64,000 nt of DNA from Prasinococcaceae sp. CCMP 1430 (GCA_013416795.1 RQSC01001240.1:7356-71355); one strand, 5' to 3'; positions 22,401 through 34,090 are shown, counted from the first letter of the stretch. The notes: generated by a model from the letters alone, not told the origin. Program-made: numbers and translations.

Positions 22401-23715
22401 TCGACAGGAGCCCACGCGTGGCCTTTGTACCCGCTGTCACCTCGCGCGCTCCGTCTGGACGCTCCACCAAGGTGCGTCGGCGCATGGTCGTGCCAGTGGG
22501 TAAATTGCCTTGCGCGCGGGACACGCCGCCACTGGCAGCTGCTCTGGCTGGCGCGTCTCCTCACTGTCCATTTTGCGCACGCATCGTACTGACGGCTGGA
22601 TGCCTGCGCGCCACGTCCCGCGCGCGCGCGCGCAGTACGAGTTCATGGAGATGCCGGTGACTCCGCGCAATGTCGAGGTCAGCCTGTCTGATTACGCGGT
22701 GCCGTACAGGCACGGTGTTGTCATCGTCACCGAGAAAAACGCCGAGGCATTCTTTTTGACGAAGGTGAACCGCTTCAAGCTGCTTGTCTGGGGAGACCGA
22801 GCCGAAGCTACTCCGGCAGTGCGAGAATTGCAGCTGCGCTATCCGAAGAAGCTCGTCGTTGGCTACTGTGGCACCGTCGGCGGCGACGATCTACGTGAGC
22901 GCTTCGGCTTGCCTCGTGCGGGCCCAGCGGCCATCGCGGCCTTGGGCCACAGGCTTATTGACATCAAGGCCGAGAAGGAGGCCATGCTAGCCGCTGGGGT
23001 GGACAAGCGCCTCGGGCGCGCGGCAAGCTCTGTCGGCGGTTTCTTTCGCAAGGCTAGCTCCTCCGTGCGCTCCATGACGCAAATCGGAGGTAGCGGGGGG
23101 GGCGAATCGGCAGGTGCCACCAGCGGTACCGCGGCGTCGGGAGTGGGCGCGTCGGCGGGAGCAGAGAGCAGCGGCGCCTCTCGCGGCGGCTTTGGCGGCC
23201 TCTTGCGGAAGGCGAGCAGATCGGTCAGCGGGGGTGTTGGTGGCATCCTGCGGAGCGCGAGCTCGGACACCAGCGGCGGCGCCCGAGGTGGCGGAGAAGG
23301 CACGGACAGTACGAGTCGGGGCTCATCGTCGTTGACGACGCTATTGCCACTCCAGCAGCCAGCCAAAGCTCTGTCGGCATCCCCCATGGCGGGGCAAGGG
23401 AGGGGCGAGTCACCCTCGAAGAACTTGGCGGAAGACATGGAGTCCGTGCGCCTGAGCGGTTCGGAGTCAGACGCGCCCATACCCAAAGACGAGGACGATG
23501 AGGAGGATGAGGCCGACGCGGAGCTGACAGTGCTTGGCGGCAGCACAGCTGCGGCTGACGCCGCAACTTGGCTCGCGGGCGGTGTGCCGTTCGAAGTTGA
23601 GCATTGCCCGCCACACGAGGCGGCATCCGCCAAGGGCCTCATCGCTTTTGCTAAGATCTATGCGAGGATGAAGCTGTCAAAGCGCCGCCTATCGAGACTC
23701 AATACGGGCACCTAA
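19499..23715 (+). CDS. Large protein with helical N-terminus, BPI/TULIP-like lipid-binding domain and thioredoxin-like folds; introns ~19818-20009 and ~22472-22634
   Basis: LPRFDG...YHVGSLEF...LEGIRWQYSKRGNPYV...GRARVDV...MYNLLMTLISKRMRDEI resembles a BPI/DUF4449-type TULIP domain. VLVIMFTSQDPPP...FASV...ELVARFGVDRSPRVAFV resembles redox-inactive Trx folds. GTGAG and GTGCG donors, GCGCAG acceptor. Confidence 0.65.
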
Positions 23716-23859
23716 ATGATGTGCGAGGCGGATTTGGCTGGGCAGTGCTTTCTGTCTGAGTGCGCCTCGCGCCGAGCTGAGTGAGACGAAGTTATACAGA
23801 ACTTATGGAACAAATATATATACAAAGACGAGCCGATCCGAGCACGTCGCGTGCGCACG

Positions 23860-26492
23860 TCAGGCCTCTGCGGATGCGTACCCGCTCGTGTCACTGTCGC
23901 TGCCGCCAGCTGCAGCCGCATGCGCCCCCCCTCTCGACTCAAGGTCGTGCATCGGCCAGTCGCCGCCGCCGGCCAGTAGGCCCGACATGTGCTCGCCCGG
24001 GGAGAGCGGGTCAAGGGCAGCCTCGCGCCAATTGGCGGGGATCGACGCACTCCTCTCCAACGAGCCAGGGGGCGAATGAGGTGCCCGGTCGATCGCGCCC
24101 ACCGACTGCTCGTGTCCGTGCCGCAGAGCCTGGCGGTGCGGCGACGAGTGCGGCGCGAGTGGCAGCTGCTCCGGGGTCGCGGTACCCACCCCTGACCTCA
24201 GCTGCGCGTCGTCGAGCTCCTCGGCGGCGCGCAACGCCTCCCGCGCGAGTGGTGCCCACCTCTTTGGCAGGTCCGCTCGCATGCCGAGCACGAGCCCCGT
24301 GCCCCAGAGTATCACCGACAGCCTGCTCACCCAGTTGAGTTCTTCTGGGCACTCCTCAAGAGGGTCCCTCTTTTCGAGGGACTGCGGATTGCACCCTTTG
24401 ATCGCCTCATTGCCCTGGTCAAGACGCAGGAGCACATGGCTCAGGATGACCTTGTGGTCGCCGTGGCGCGTGCGCACGCCGAGCTCGGTCGCTGCGTGCA
24501 CGATGGCGTCGCTGTCGCCAGCGTCCATCGCCAGCACCAGCCTGCACAGCGCGAGCCTCTGGCCGCGTCTGAGCTCCTTGACCTGCCCGTAGTCGATGAG
24601 GCCGATTGAGCCGCCCTCCATGAGCAGCACGTTCCCCGGATGGGGGTCGGCGTTGAAGAGGCCGTCCACCAGCACTTGGCGGCCGTGCACCGACACGAGC
24701 GCCTCGAAGAGCGCCGATGGGTTGATGGCGGGAAGGTCCTTGCGGTACTGCGCCTTGGTGCCCGTGGCGATCGAGTACAGCGCGATGCCGGTGTTGACGA
24801 ACACATTGGTGGTGCGCGCGTACGCGCGGTTAAGCCCCAGGATGAGCGCGACGGTAGCGCTCGATCCCAACCGGCTTGTTATGCCGCCCACGGCGCCGCC
24901 GCCACTCAAGCTGCCTTCGCTGCCACCAGCAGTCATGGCGTCCTTGCCCTTCTCGATGAGTTCCTCCAGCGTCATCCCCATGTTCTTGGCGATCTGCGCC
25001 AGGTGGTCCTTGACGCCGTCAATCAGCTTGACGCCACTGAAAAAGTCCATCACTAGCACGTGCTCGCTGGCCATGCCCGGCACCGGCCGCGGGATGGCCA
25101 CGCGCGGCGCGCCGTGCTCGCGCGGCAGCCGCGAGAGGTTGGCGGCGCAGCGCGCGAGGTTGGCCGCCTCCGTGCGGAAATCGAGCTCGCCGCTCACTGA
25201 GTTCTTCATGTCCTGGAGCGTGTCGGCGTAGTCGGGCTTGGCCAGCCTGCAGAACATGATGCAGCAGTCGAAGTCAAGGTCAAACAGCTCCTGCGCCTCG
25301 GGGTACTGCACCTTGACGACCACTTCGCGGCCGGTGTGCAGGCGCGCGCGGTGCGCCTGGCCGATCGACGCGGCGCCCAACGGCTTGTAGTCGAACTCGG
25401 CGAAGAACTTCTCCGGTGTGTCGCCCAGGGCAGCCACCACCATGCGTCGCACGGCCGTCTTCCCGCGCGGTGGCATGCCGTCCTGCAGCGGCTCGAACGC
25501 CGTGCAGTACGCCTTGGGCATGAGCACGTTGAACGTGCTCACTATCTGGCCCACCTTGACGAACCACCCGCGCAGATCGACCACGGCGCGGTAGGCGCGC
25601 GGCGCGTACAGCCGATGCAGCTCGTCGTACATTTCCTGCCGCTCCTCGTCCTCGAGCTCCCAGTGTCGGCAGTAGATCTGTGTGCCGCGGTAGTGCACGT
25701 ATATGGGCAGCACCCAAAGCAGGAAGCGCGCGTAGCGGCGCAGGCGCTTGTCCGCGAGCACGGTGTAGCCACCGCCGCCGAAGATGACCACCACGTAGAA
25801 GAGCAGGTAGCGCCCGGCGTACGGCATGCGGCCCAGCCACGCGCCGAAGAGCCCGAGCAGCGCCACCACGAAGAGCGCGACGACGGTGAGCGTGCGCTCA
25901 ATTGACAGCGCGCGCAGCTGGTGCATGCCGCCGAGCAGCACGATCGGCACCACGGGCGCGCACAGCACCATGTTCTGCAGCACCCCGACCACCATGGAGA
26001 TCAGGGCGGTCCAGAGCCACGCGGCGCCGCGCCGCAGCACGAGACCGCCCGCCAGCGCGCTCTCCACGGGCCATAGCATGCGCTGCAGGCCGATCGCCGC
26101 GCCCTGCATGCGCCCCTCGGCCGGCCGCGCCGCGCGCGAGGCGCATCGCGCTCGCCCTCCCCCTCCGCGCGGCCGGCCGCGTCGGCGCCCTCGTCCATGT
26201 CGTCGCGGGGCGTCGCAAGCGCCTCCGCGCGCTGCGCCGCGTCCGCGTCGGCCTCCCCCGTCGAATGCGGCGGGCCTGCCGCGCCCGCCGCTCTGTGCGC
26301 CCTCGCGTCGTGCGTGACGCTCTTGGTGAACTGCGTGACGCCGTACAGCTGGACGGAGAACGTGAGGTTGAGCACGATGGAGACCACGAGCAGCAGCGCG
26401 AGGAACTTGCGGCCGTGCACGTGCAGCGCCCCCGACGCCTTGTCGACGGCGCCCATCGCGTACGACGGCAGCGCCGCGGTGCCGGTCCCCAT
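23860..26492 (-). CDS. ABC1/UbiB (ADCK) atypical kinase with multi-TM N-terminal extension
   Basis: FVKVGQ, PLGAASIGQAH, VVVKVQYP, ELDFRTEA, VLVMDF, FNADPHPGN, LIDYGQ. The link between the first exon (ATG 26492, contains a TM helix) and the main ORF near 26104-26156 is unresolved. Confidence 0.9.
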
Positions 26493-27379
26493 GTCGCGCG
26501 CCGCGCACCGCGCGCGCCCCCCCCCACCACCACCACCTCCTCCTCCTCTCTCCCCCTCCCCCCTTCCCCTCCGCCTCTCCCTCGCCTCGGGGTCGCAAAA
26601 GAGCGCACACCTGCAGGGGGCGGGGGAGGGGGGCGCGGTCCCGCGCGCGCCGCGCGCGCCCCCTCCCCGCGCGCGGGCGGCGCCGTATCCGCGGGGCGCG
26701 AGGTGGTGTCCGAGGTGTCCCTTCCCCCTCCCCTCCCCTCTCCGAGCGGTTGCCGCCTCCTCCCCCCCCTCCTCTCCCCCAGGCGTTCGCCCCTCGCCGC
26801 CGCGCCGCGGGGCGTGCGCGGTGTGGTGTGGCGTGGAGCGGTGCGGTCCCGCCTCGCTCTCGCCCCGCCTACGGCGCGCGCAAACCCACCCAACGAACCC
26901 CGCGCTCGGCCCGCGCGCGCGCGCCCGCGCGCGCGTCCCCCGGCCAGAACCCACCTCCACATCCATTTCAAAAAAAAAACGCGCGCGAAACGAAGCGCGC
27001 GACGGGCGCCGTCGTCGTCGGTGTGTTGTTGTCGCCCATTCGCGTGATACCACGAAAGGGCCGAAATAAAAAAGAAGAAAAAAAAAAACGGGGGGAGGTG
27101 GCGCGGTGGCAGCGAGGGAGTCCCTGGGAGGGAGGGAGGCGCGGCGGCGGGGGAGAGGGGCAGCGCAGCGCCCGGCAAGCAGCCCCGCGCCCGCCTGCGT
27201 CTCCGCTCTGCGTCCTGCTCAGGGCTGCGGGGAGGGGGGGTGGCTGGGGAGGCCCGGGAGCGCCCCACGCGCAGCCGATGAGTGCCGCGCCGGCGCCCAC
27301 TCATTGGCGGCCCGTCGCTGACCGCCTGAATGGCGCGTTTGAAGAGCGGACGGAGGCTGCTGCAAGGCTGTGCGGCCGA

Positions 27380-27381
<2 letters not shown>

Positions 27382-27469
<88 letters not shown>

Positions 27470-27506
27470 NNNNNNNNNNNNNNNNNNNNNNNNNNNNNNN
27501 NNNNNN

Positions 27507-27588
<82 letters not shown>

Positions 27589-27590
27589 CA
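27382..27590. repeat. (CA)n microsatellite spanning an N gap
   Basis: Perfect CA run on both sides of N 27470-27506. Confidence 0.98.
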
Positions 27591-27971
27591 CACATGCACG
27601 CAACGCACCAACAACCGCGGCAAACCTGCGGAGTTGTTTTTCGGAGGCGATTTCCGATGGGTCGGTCCCGATGTGATGTGACGTGGGCTCTCTTATTGGT
27701 GGCGCGTGTGCGAGCGAGTGCGCGAGCGGCACTGAGTGCGTGCGGCGCCGGTGCCTGAGAGAGCCTCTGGACGTCGGCGCCGCGACGAGGGGCCACAGCG
27801 CGGGCGCGGGGCGGTGCAGGTGGGTGTTGGCGGGGGCGGGGGCGAGGGCGGGGAGGGGAGGGGAGGAGAGGGGACGGGAGGGGAGGGGGGAGCGGCGTCG
27901 GAGAGCCGGCGTCGGGACCTGGTGGGCTCGTGGCCGTCGCAGCGGGTGCGGCACTTGGCGAGCGGGCGGCG

Positions 27972-30900
27972 ATGTACGGGTGGATTCACCAGTGCGCGGA
28001 GGACCTGGTGTGCGGCCGCTTCGGCCACGACGCGTGGGCGCGCACGCTGCTCGAGGCAGGCTTCTCGCACGTCGGCCATGGCGGCTGGATCCGCGAGAAG
28101 TACTACGACGACTCGGTCATCTACTCGCTGGTGGCGGGCGCCTCAAAGGCCCTCGGCATCACCCAGGTGCAGGTGCTGGGGGCCTTCGGCACGCACTTCG
28201 TGCACTTCGCGGAGAAGGCCGGGTATGGCAAGCTCATGAGGAGCATGGGGGAGACCCTGGAGGATTTCTGCGATGGGCTGGACCGCATGCACCGACATCT
28301 GGCGAAGACCATGCCCGACATCGTCTTTCCCGCATTCTGGACGTCGCGAGATGCGGTCGGGGGTGAAGAGCGCCTCCTCGTCCACTACTCGTCGCTCAGG
28401 CCTGCACTCGCGCCCATGGTCGAGACCATACTCGTCGAGGTGGGTGCCTTGTATTTCGACACGCGCGTGAGCGCATCCATCGTGAAGCCGCAGGAGCTCA
28501 ACGAAGCCACCGGGGAGTACGAGAGCACCATCGCAGTCGTCGCTGAGAAGGAGGAGACGCCATCCAAATCGGTCGACAAGAAGCTCTTTCGAGCGAGATC
28601 TGGCAACGCGAAGGATGGCGAGGGCACCGCGGCCGACGCCAACGGGCATGGCGCTGCTGGCAACGACATCCTGCGCTGCCCGTTCTCGGGCGCGACGATC
28701 CAGTCCTCGTCCCTGCACGAGGGTAGTGCTACTACCGCCGGAGCTTCCTGCCCCGTGGCGACGAAAGCACGTGGTGGCCTGGCGCCCCGCTCGCCCGAAG
28801 CATCATCCGCCGCGCAGGCTGACTCGGAGTCCTCCGTGCTGAGATGCGATGCACCGGAGGCGGAACGAGGAGATGCGCAGCTGGCCGCCGAAGAGGTACT
28901 CAAGACGCTCCCCTACCACATCATGCTATGCGACGACACCATGGGAGTGAAGAGCGCCGGTCGCGAGCTGAAGAGGATGTACGCCGGGCTGCACTGGCGA
29001 GGCCCCCCGACGCCAATGCCCGTCGCCAAGGACTTCTTTACCGTCATCCATCTCTCGCACACCGTCGCCCACCACCGCGTCCACCCTCCGCAAAACGAGC
29101 CAGAGGAGGGCACCCTCGAGCCTGACCGGACGCAACTCCTGACGGTCGCCGAGCAGCGGAGCGAGTTCGTGGACGCGGTGGGGAGGTCCGAAAGCGGCGT
29201 CGCGACGATCGAACTCGCAGCACGGACCAAGCTGCCCGGGGCGACTCACCACCTGCGGCTTAACGGCCAGCTGTCTCGGCTCAGCAATGGCGACTGGCTG
29301 TTTCACGGAGTCCCTGCCGTCCTGACGGTGGAGAGCCTGCTCAAGCAAGGCCTCTCGCTCAACTGCCTGCCAGCGTACGCTTCGGGATTGGACCTGCTCA
29401 TGGTCGGCGAGAGCATGTTTAGGGCCAACGAGGACGCCAAGGCGCAGTTTTTGGAGCGCGATCGCGCGGCCACGCGTGCCACCAACGCGAGGCTGGCGAC
29501 TGCGCTACAGTATCTGTCGCACGAAGTCAGGAACCAGCTGGCGCCGGTCGAGGCGCTCGTCAGGACACTGCCTCTGGACGACGTAGGCGGGCGGGCGGCG
29601 TCGGACCGCGATGAGATCGTCACATCCCTACGCACTACGAGTGACATCCTGAATTCCGTCCTCGCGATCGCTAAGCTGACCGCCGGGACAATTGATGCGC
29701 CGCATTCGGTGTTCTCGCTCGCTTCGCTCGTCCACGCCACCGATAGCTACGCTGTCGCCAGCGTCGAGCGCAAAGGCCAGGACGTCATGCTCGAGAGCAA
29801 GCTGGTGATGAACACTGCAGACCGAGGCTGCATCGAGGTGCCAGTTTCGTCGTCCTACGAGGAGACGACAAAGGTGCCCCATCTCGATGAGCTGTATGTC
29901 TGCAGCTGCAAGTCATGGCTGATGCAGATCATCGTCAACCTGATCAGCAATGCGACCAAATTTACTGACCAAGGCGGCATCTTTCTTTCCTGGCGGATTG
30001 ACGAGTGCGCCCCGGGTGCTAGCCGCAGCGGCAACGGCGCTAGGGATGGGGTTGGGAGCGCGGCCATTGCCGATCCGACCACCAGTGCGAGCGTGGCGAC
30101 AGAAGACTCGACAGCAGCGGAGGACACCGCCCCGCTCCGAAGCGATGCACCCGCCAGGCAAGATGGCGCCGAAGCAGGCGGGGAGGTGGTCTCGACGTCT
30201 ACTACTAAGGCTGCTGCAACCATCCCAGTCGGCGGTGGCATGCGCACTTCCACGTGCGAGTGCGGCGGCTCATCAGCGGATGGCCCGGCGAAGGATGACG
30301 ACCGCGTTTTGCTCTCGTTGACCGTGACCGACACGGGCTGCGGCATTCGACCCGAGGACCTGTCCATTGTGATGGAGGAGTTCGGTCGCGTACGCACGGG
30401 CTCCTCCAGCCAGAGTGGCACTGGCCTCGGTTTGCCGCTCGCGAAGCGCATGATCGAGACGCTCGGGGGCACCCTTGAGCTGGAGAGCGAGTACGGTGTG
30501 GGAACGTCCATAACCATCACGATCTCTCTGCCTCGCATGCAAGAGCCCGCCGCCGACGACGCCAGTCGCCTTGACGTCTTTCAGGGCATCGAGCAGGCCG
30601 CCATTGACGCCATGGACCATTCTGATGCGTTGGATGCTGACGTGCTTGGGGTCGACGACAACAGTCTGCTCCTAAAGATGTACGCGCGGAAAGCGTTGAA
30701 GAGCGGACTCAGCTTCAAATCGGCCTCCGATGGTGACGCTGCCGTCGAGCTCGCACGCCAAGGCAAGCGCTACGGAATCGTTCTTATGGACAAGCAAATG
30801 CCCGAACTCACGGGAGATCTCGCATGCTCCTCAATGCGGCAGCTCGGATACAAGGGACTGGTCGCGCTGGTCACAGCGGACAACATGTCGGGAGAAGAGA

Positions 30901-31121
30901 AGGACAAGCTCATCTGCGAGTTCGGCCTCAATATGGTGCTCATCAAGGGCGAGGCGCCCTCGTGGATGGAGTGTCTCGACGCGTGGTCCAAGGGCAAGAA
31001 GGAAGCGCTGGCTTCCAAGCGGCAAACCGCGCCGCACGACCGGTCGCTCAACCGGACCCAGCCCCGAGCCGATCGCAGATCCTTCCGAGGTTTGTGCAAG
31101 TCACACTCTGTGGCGTTCTGA
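27972..31121 (+). CDS. H-NOX + HNOBA/PAS + HisKA + HATPase + receiver hybrid histidine kinase (1049 aa, intronless)
   Basis: N-terminal MYGWIH; proximal His in LDRMHRHL (H107); YxSxR (YSSLR, 139-143); HNOBA-like LRLNGQL...LFHGVP...LLKQGLSLNCLP; H-box YLSHEVRN (H517); N-box QIIVNLISNATKF; G1 TDTGCGI; G2 GTGLGL; receiver VDDN, LMDKQMP (D940), VTA, K. Confidence 0.95.
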   Translation: MYGWIHQCAEDLVCGRFGHDAWARTLLEAGFSHVGHGGWIREKYYDDSVIYSLVAGASKALGITQVQVLGAFGTHFVHFAEKAGYGKLMRSMGETLEDFCDGLDRMHRHLAKTMPDIVFPAFWTSRDAVGGEERLLVHYSSLRPALAPMVETILVEVGALYFDTRVSASIVKPQELNEATGEYESTIAVVAEKEETPSKSVDKKLFRARSGNAKDGEGTAADANGHGAAGNDILRCPFSGATIQSSSLHEGSATTAGASCPVATKARGGLAPRSPEASSAAQADSESSVLRCDAPEAERGDAQLAAEEVLKTLPYHIMLCDDTMGVKSAGRELKRMYAGLHWRGPPTPMPVAKDFFTVIHLSHTVAHHRVHPPQNEPEEGTLEPDRTQLLTVAEQRSEFVDAVGRSESGVATIELAARTKLPGATHHLRLNGQLSRLSNGDWLFHGVPAVLTVESLLKQGLSLNCLPAYASGLDLLMVGESMFRANEDAKAQFLERDRAATRATNARLATALQYLSHEVRNQLAPVEALVRTLPLDDVGGRAASDRDEIVTSLRTTSDILNSVLAIAKLTAGTIDAPHSVFSLASLVHATDSYAVASVERKGQDVMLESKLVMNTADRGCIEVPVSSSYEETTKVPHLDELYVCSCKSWLMQIIVNLISNATKFTDQGGIFLSWRIDECAPGASRSGNGARDGVGSAAIADPTTSASVATEDSTAAEDTAPLRSDAPARQDGAEAGGEVVSTSTTKAAATIPVGGGMRTSTCECGGSSADGPAKDDDRVLLSLTVTDTGCGIRPEDLSIVMEEFGRVRTGSSSQSGTGLGLPLAKRMIETLGGTLELESEYGVGTSITITISLPRMQEPAADDASRLDVFQGIEQAAIDAMDHSDALDADVLGVDDNSLLLKMYARKALKSGLSFKSASDGDAAVELARQGKRYGIVLMDKQMPELTGDLACSSMRQLGYKGLVALVTADNMSGEEKDKLICEFGLNMVLIKGEAPSWMECLDAWSKGKKEALASKRQTAPHDRSLNRTQPRADRRSFRGLCKSHSVAF

Positions 31122-31402
31122 GTCTCTGCTTAGTCTGCTTGCTTCAGCGCAGTGTCACGCTGCGCAAAACCCTTCTTCCACTAACATACACGTACTTAGA
31201 TGTACGTAGATCACGCATAGAATCAAGCCTCGTCGGCGTGCATTGGGCCGAGCGGAGAGCTGTGCTCGCACAGAACACAAATATGTATACGTAACTTTGT
31301 ACGGTTGATTATACTACAAGAAGTCCTTCAAGCACCGCCTGCTGTGTCCAAAAACACAGCGCACGTACTAGTACGGCCGCGCATTCAGACGAACGCGCTG
31401 CA

Positions 31403-33651
31403 CTACACGAACACGTCCATGACTTCGACGACTGGGCTCTGACAGAGAGGGCAGAGGTTGCGGCGCTGTTGGTTGCCGGTGGCGTCCTTGGGCGCCAGAA
31501 CCGAGCTCGCGCACCCCTTACATAGGCACAGATGCTTGCATGGCAAGAGCAGCGTGCATCGAGGAGAATCGAGGCACACGACGCAAAGGTGTTCGTCGGA
31601 AGCGCTCTTTTCATTGCGTTCCTGCCCCGTGTTAGGTGCGGTTCCAAAGGTCGTTGCAGCAGAGTGACTCCCGCTGGCGGCGGCTGCGTACGCGTGAGGA
31701 GGCTCTACCCGTGCGTTGGCGTGACTGGGTGATTCAGTGGCTGCGGCTGCACCGCCGAGAGCAACGCTCTGGGCCATCTTCTCTGCGAGAATCTCCGCCG
31801 CCCGCTCAGCGATCCGGTCCATGTGGGACGCATTGAAGGCGTGGCTTCCGCTGCCACTGATACCAACGGGCGTCGTCATGGCCTGCCTATCACAATCAAT
31901 GGCGGCAATCGAGGCCGAGGTCGAGGCCTCGCTTCTGCTCCCTTCGTGGCTGATAGCATTAGTGGGTTCAACTTGAAAGTCCCTCGCCGATGCGGATTCC
32001 CGCCTCCACACGTGCGAATGAAGCGCACCTGCTACAGGCTGGGCAGCGCGCGTCGGCGGTGAGGCGCGTGACGAGTTTATTGCGCTACTGTCGCGAGAGC
32101 TTTCGAACATATATGAAGACGCTGGATACACCGGTTGGACATTTGTGGTAGAGACGGCAGGTACAGTTCCACCAGTGGTAGGATCCATGCTCGGGAACTC
32201 GTTTTCCCGATGAATCGTGGGCCCCGAATATTCACTGGGTGTGTTGTCATCGCAGATGTCACCGCTAGTGTTGTTGGCGGCACCGCGCTCGCCAGAGCTG
32301 CCATGCAGTGTGAGGCCGGCAACACGATCGACGTGGCCATCCATCGCCGCGGCAAGCACACGCTCGCACTCTGCGTGGCCGTATTTGACGGCAAGGTCGA
32401 GAGGAGACTGGGCATTCCATCGGTCGCGCCCTCCCGACGGCGAAAGGTCCGCCCCAGCGGCTATGAGCATACGAAGCGTTCCCGAGTGCCCCCACCTGGC
32501 CGCCAGGCCGGCCGCAGTGAATCCGTGGTTATCTTCGTAGTCGAGGCTCATCACTCCTGCGTCAAGTAACAGCTGCAGCACTTGCTCGTGCCCATTGCTG
32601 GCGGCGTCGTGCACGGGGGTGCGGCCTAGGTGGATGGAGCGCGCGTCTGGGCACGCGCCTGCGTTGAGAAGGTCAGCCACCACGGCGATCTTTCCGAGGC
32701 GCGAGGCGTTCGCCAGCGGAGTCACGCCCATGGCGTCCCCGAGGGTCGGATCGGCACCTCGGCGCAACAGCAATCGCAGCATGGACCGCTGCTCGACCGT
32801 CGTAGATAAGTTCTTGCTCCACACTAGCGCGTGGAGCGTCGTACGCCCGCAACGACCTTTGCACTCGTCGGGCTGGTTTGGATCGGCGCCTCCAACGAGG
32901 AGCGCACGCGCGGTGTCTTCGTGACCGTGGTCCACGGCGTTGTGGAGCGCTGTCGAGCGTGCGTCACGCGGGTCACCGTAAAGATGGCGCAAGCAGGTGA
33001 GTCAATTATGAGAGTACAGCAAGACGTGCGCCGAGGCTGACACCGGCCACTGCGATTTTCATTCGCGCAAATAGGTGGGTGGGAGCACACACCTGGAGTC
33101 CCACCGGCGTCTCGCGTGGAAGGATCTATGCTTCCTCCAGCTTTGGACATAAAGTATTTCACGCGTTCGGTGTTGCCGAAGGCCGCAGCGTTCAAGAATG
33201 CCTCGCTCGGGGTCCACGTCGTGGGGCGCCGTCGGTGCCCGTCGTGCCGGTGCCTCGTGCTGTTGCGCCGCGCGGGCACCTGCTGCCAGTTCCCTGATGC
33301 TTCGTCGGTGGGGGCGCCGGAATGACGCTCGGACTCGGCATGCGAACGCGTTCCTCCGCTCCATGGCTGGCTATCGCTCGCGCCCCCGCCGCGCCACCCG
33401 GCCGCCGTGAGGTCAGGGCCGTGCGCGCGGCCGGCGCTTTGATGCCGCCCGCGCGAGTGCGGCAACGAGGACTGATGCCGAGGAGGCGCTGTTGCTGCCT
33501 CGCGCACGTGTTTCTGGCGGACCCAGTCGTCTGATTCGGCGCCCGCGTCGGCGTCGGCGAGGTCCCATGGGCTACTAGACGTCGCCGACGCCACTGACCC
33601 GCGCGCGGACGCGGAGCGCCCACCGGCAGCCGCAGGCGCCCACTCCGACAT
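31403..33651 (-). CDS. Ankyrin-repeat protein with C-terminal C3HC4 RING (XBAT/MIB-like E3 ligase); intron 33092-32950
   Basis: Splicing gives DAGGTP|ALHNAVDHGHED. Further ankyrin repeats TPLANAS, TPVHDAA, SPLDLAV. RING CVVCLDSPRCTLLLPCKHLCLCKGC...CPLC. Confidence 0.9.
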
Positions 33652-33749
33652 TGTTCTTTCCTCCGTCACGCGAGCGCTTTCTTCCGTATCGTACGGTAAC
33701 AGCCTTCTTTTGGCCGGTGGCGCAATCCGTCCGCGGGCGCGCACGTCGC

Positions 33750-34090
33750 CGCCCGGCGAGCGCCGCAGCTTGTAGGCACTGCCGACCGACATGCCGACCT
33801 GCCGCGCCGCCTCGGTCACCGAGCCGCGATCGGCCAGCGCCTCGATGAAGTCGCGCTGGCGCTCGGGGGACCAGCCATCATGCCGATGTTTCCGGCGCAC
33901 GGGCACCCATTCATAGTCGTCCGGGTAATGGCCGTGCTCATCGAGCGGCGTCAGCGGCCGCGCATCCGGCGGCGCAACGGCACCGCCCTGGGTGACGGCG
34001 GGAAGGTTGACGGGATCGATGCCGGCGGAGAGCGCGGGATCGAAGCGCGGCGGCGGCGGCGGCGGCGTGGCGACCGCGCCGCGCCGGAAA
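33750..34090 (-). other. Bacterial-type (sphingomonad-like) HTH gene fragment embedded upstream of the ankyrin-RING gene
   Basis: PLTPLDEHGHYPDDYEWVPVRRKHRHDGWSPERQRDFIEALADRGSVTEAARQVGMSVGSAYKLRRSPG matches a hypothetical protein family I recall from Sphingomonadales (RHDGWTPERQRAFIEALA...SAYRLR). It stops before the usual F..AWDAA continuation. Confidence 0.75.

Noticed and set aside
27030-27062. Hairpin CCCATTCGCGTGATACCACGAAAGGG as an ncRNA
   Set aside because: A single imperfect stem with no tRNA, snRNA or snoRNA signatures.
25898-27796. HT-repeat and VC-repeat ORFs
   Set aside because: They are translations of the (CA)n microsatellite across an N gap.
3-31121. NOX and H-NOX kinase as a ROS/NO gene cluster
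   Set aside because: They are 26 kb apart with many unrelated genes between, and nothing indicates co-regulation.
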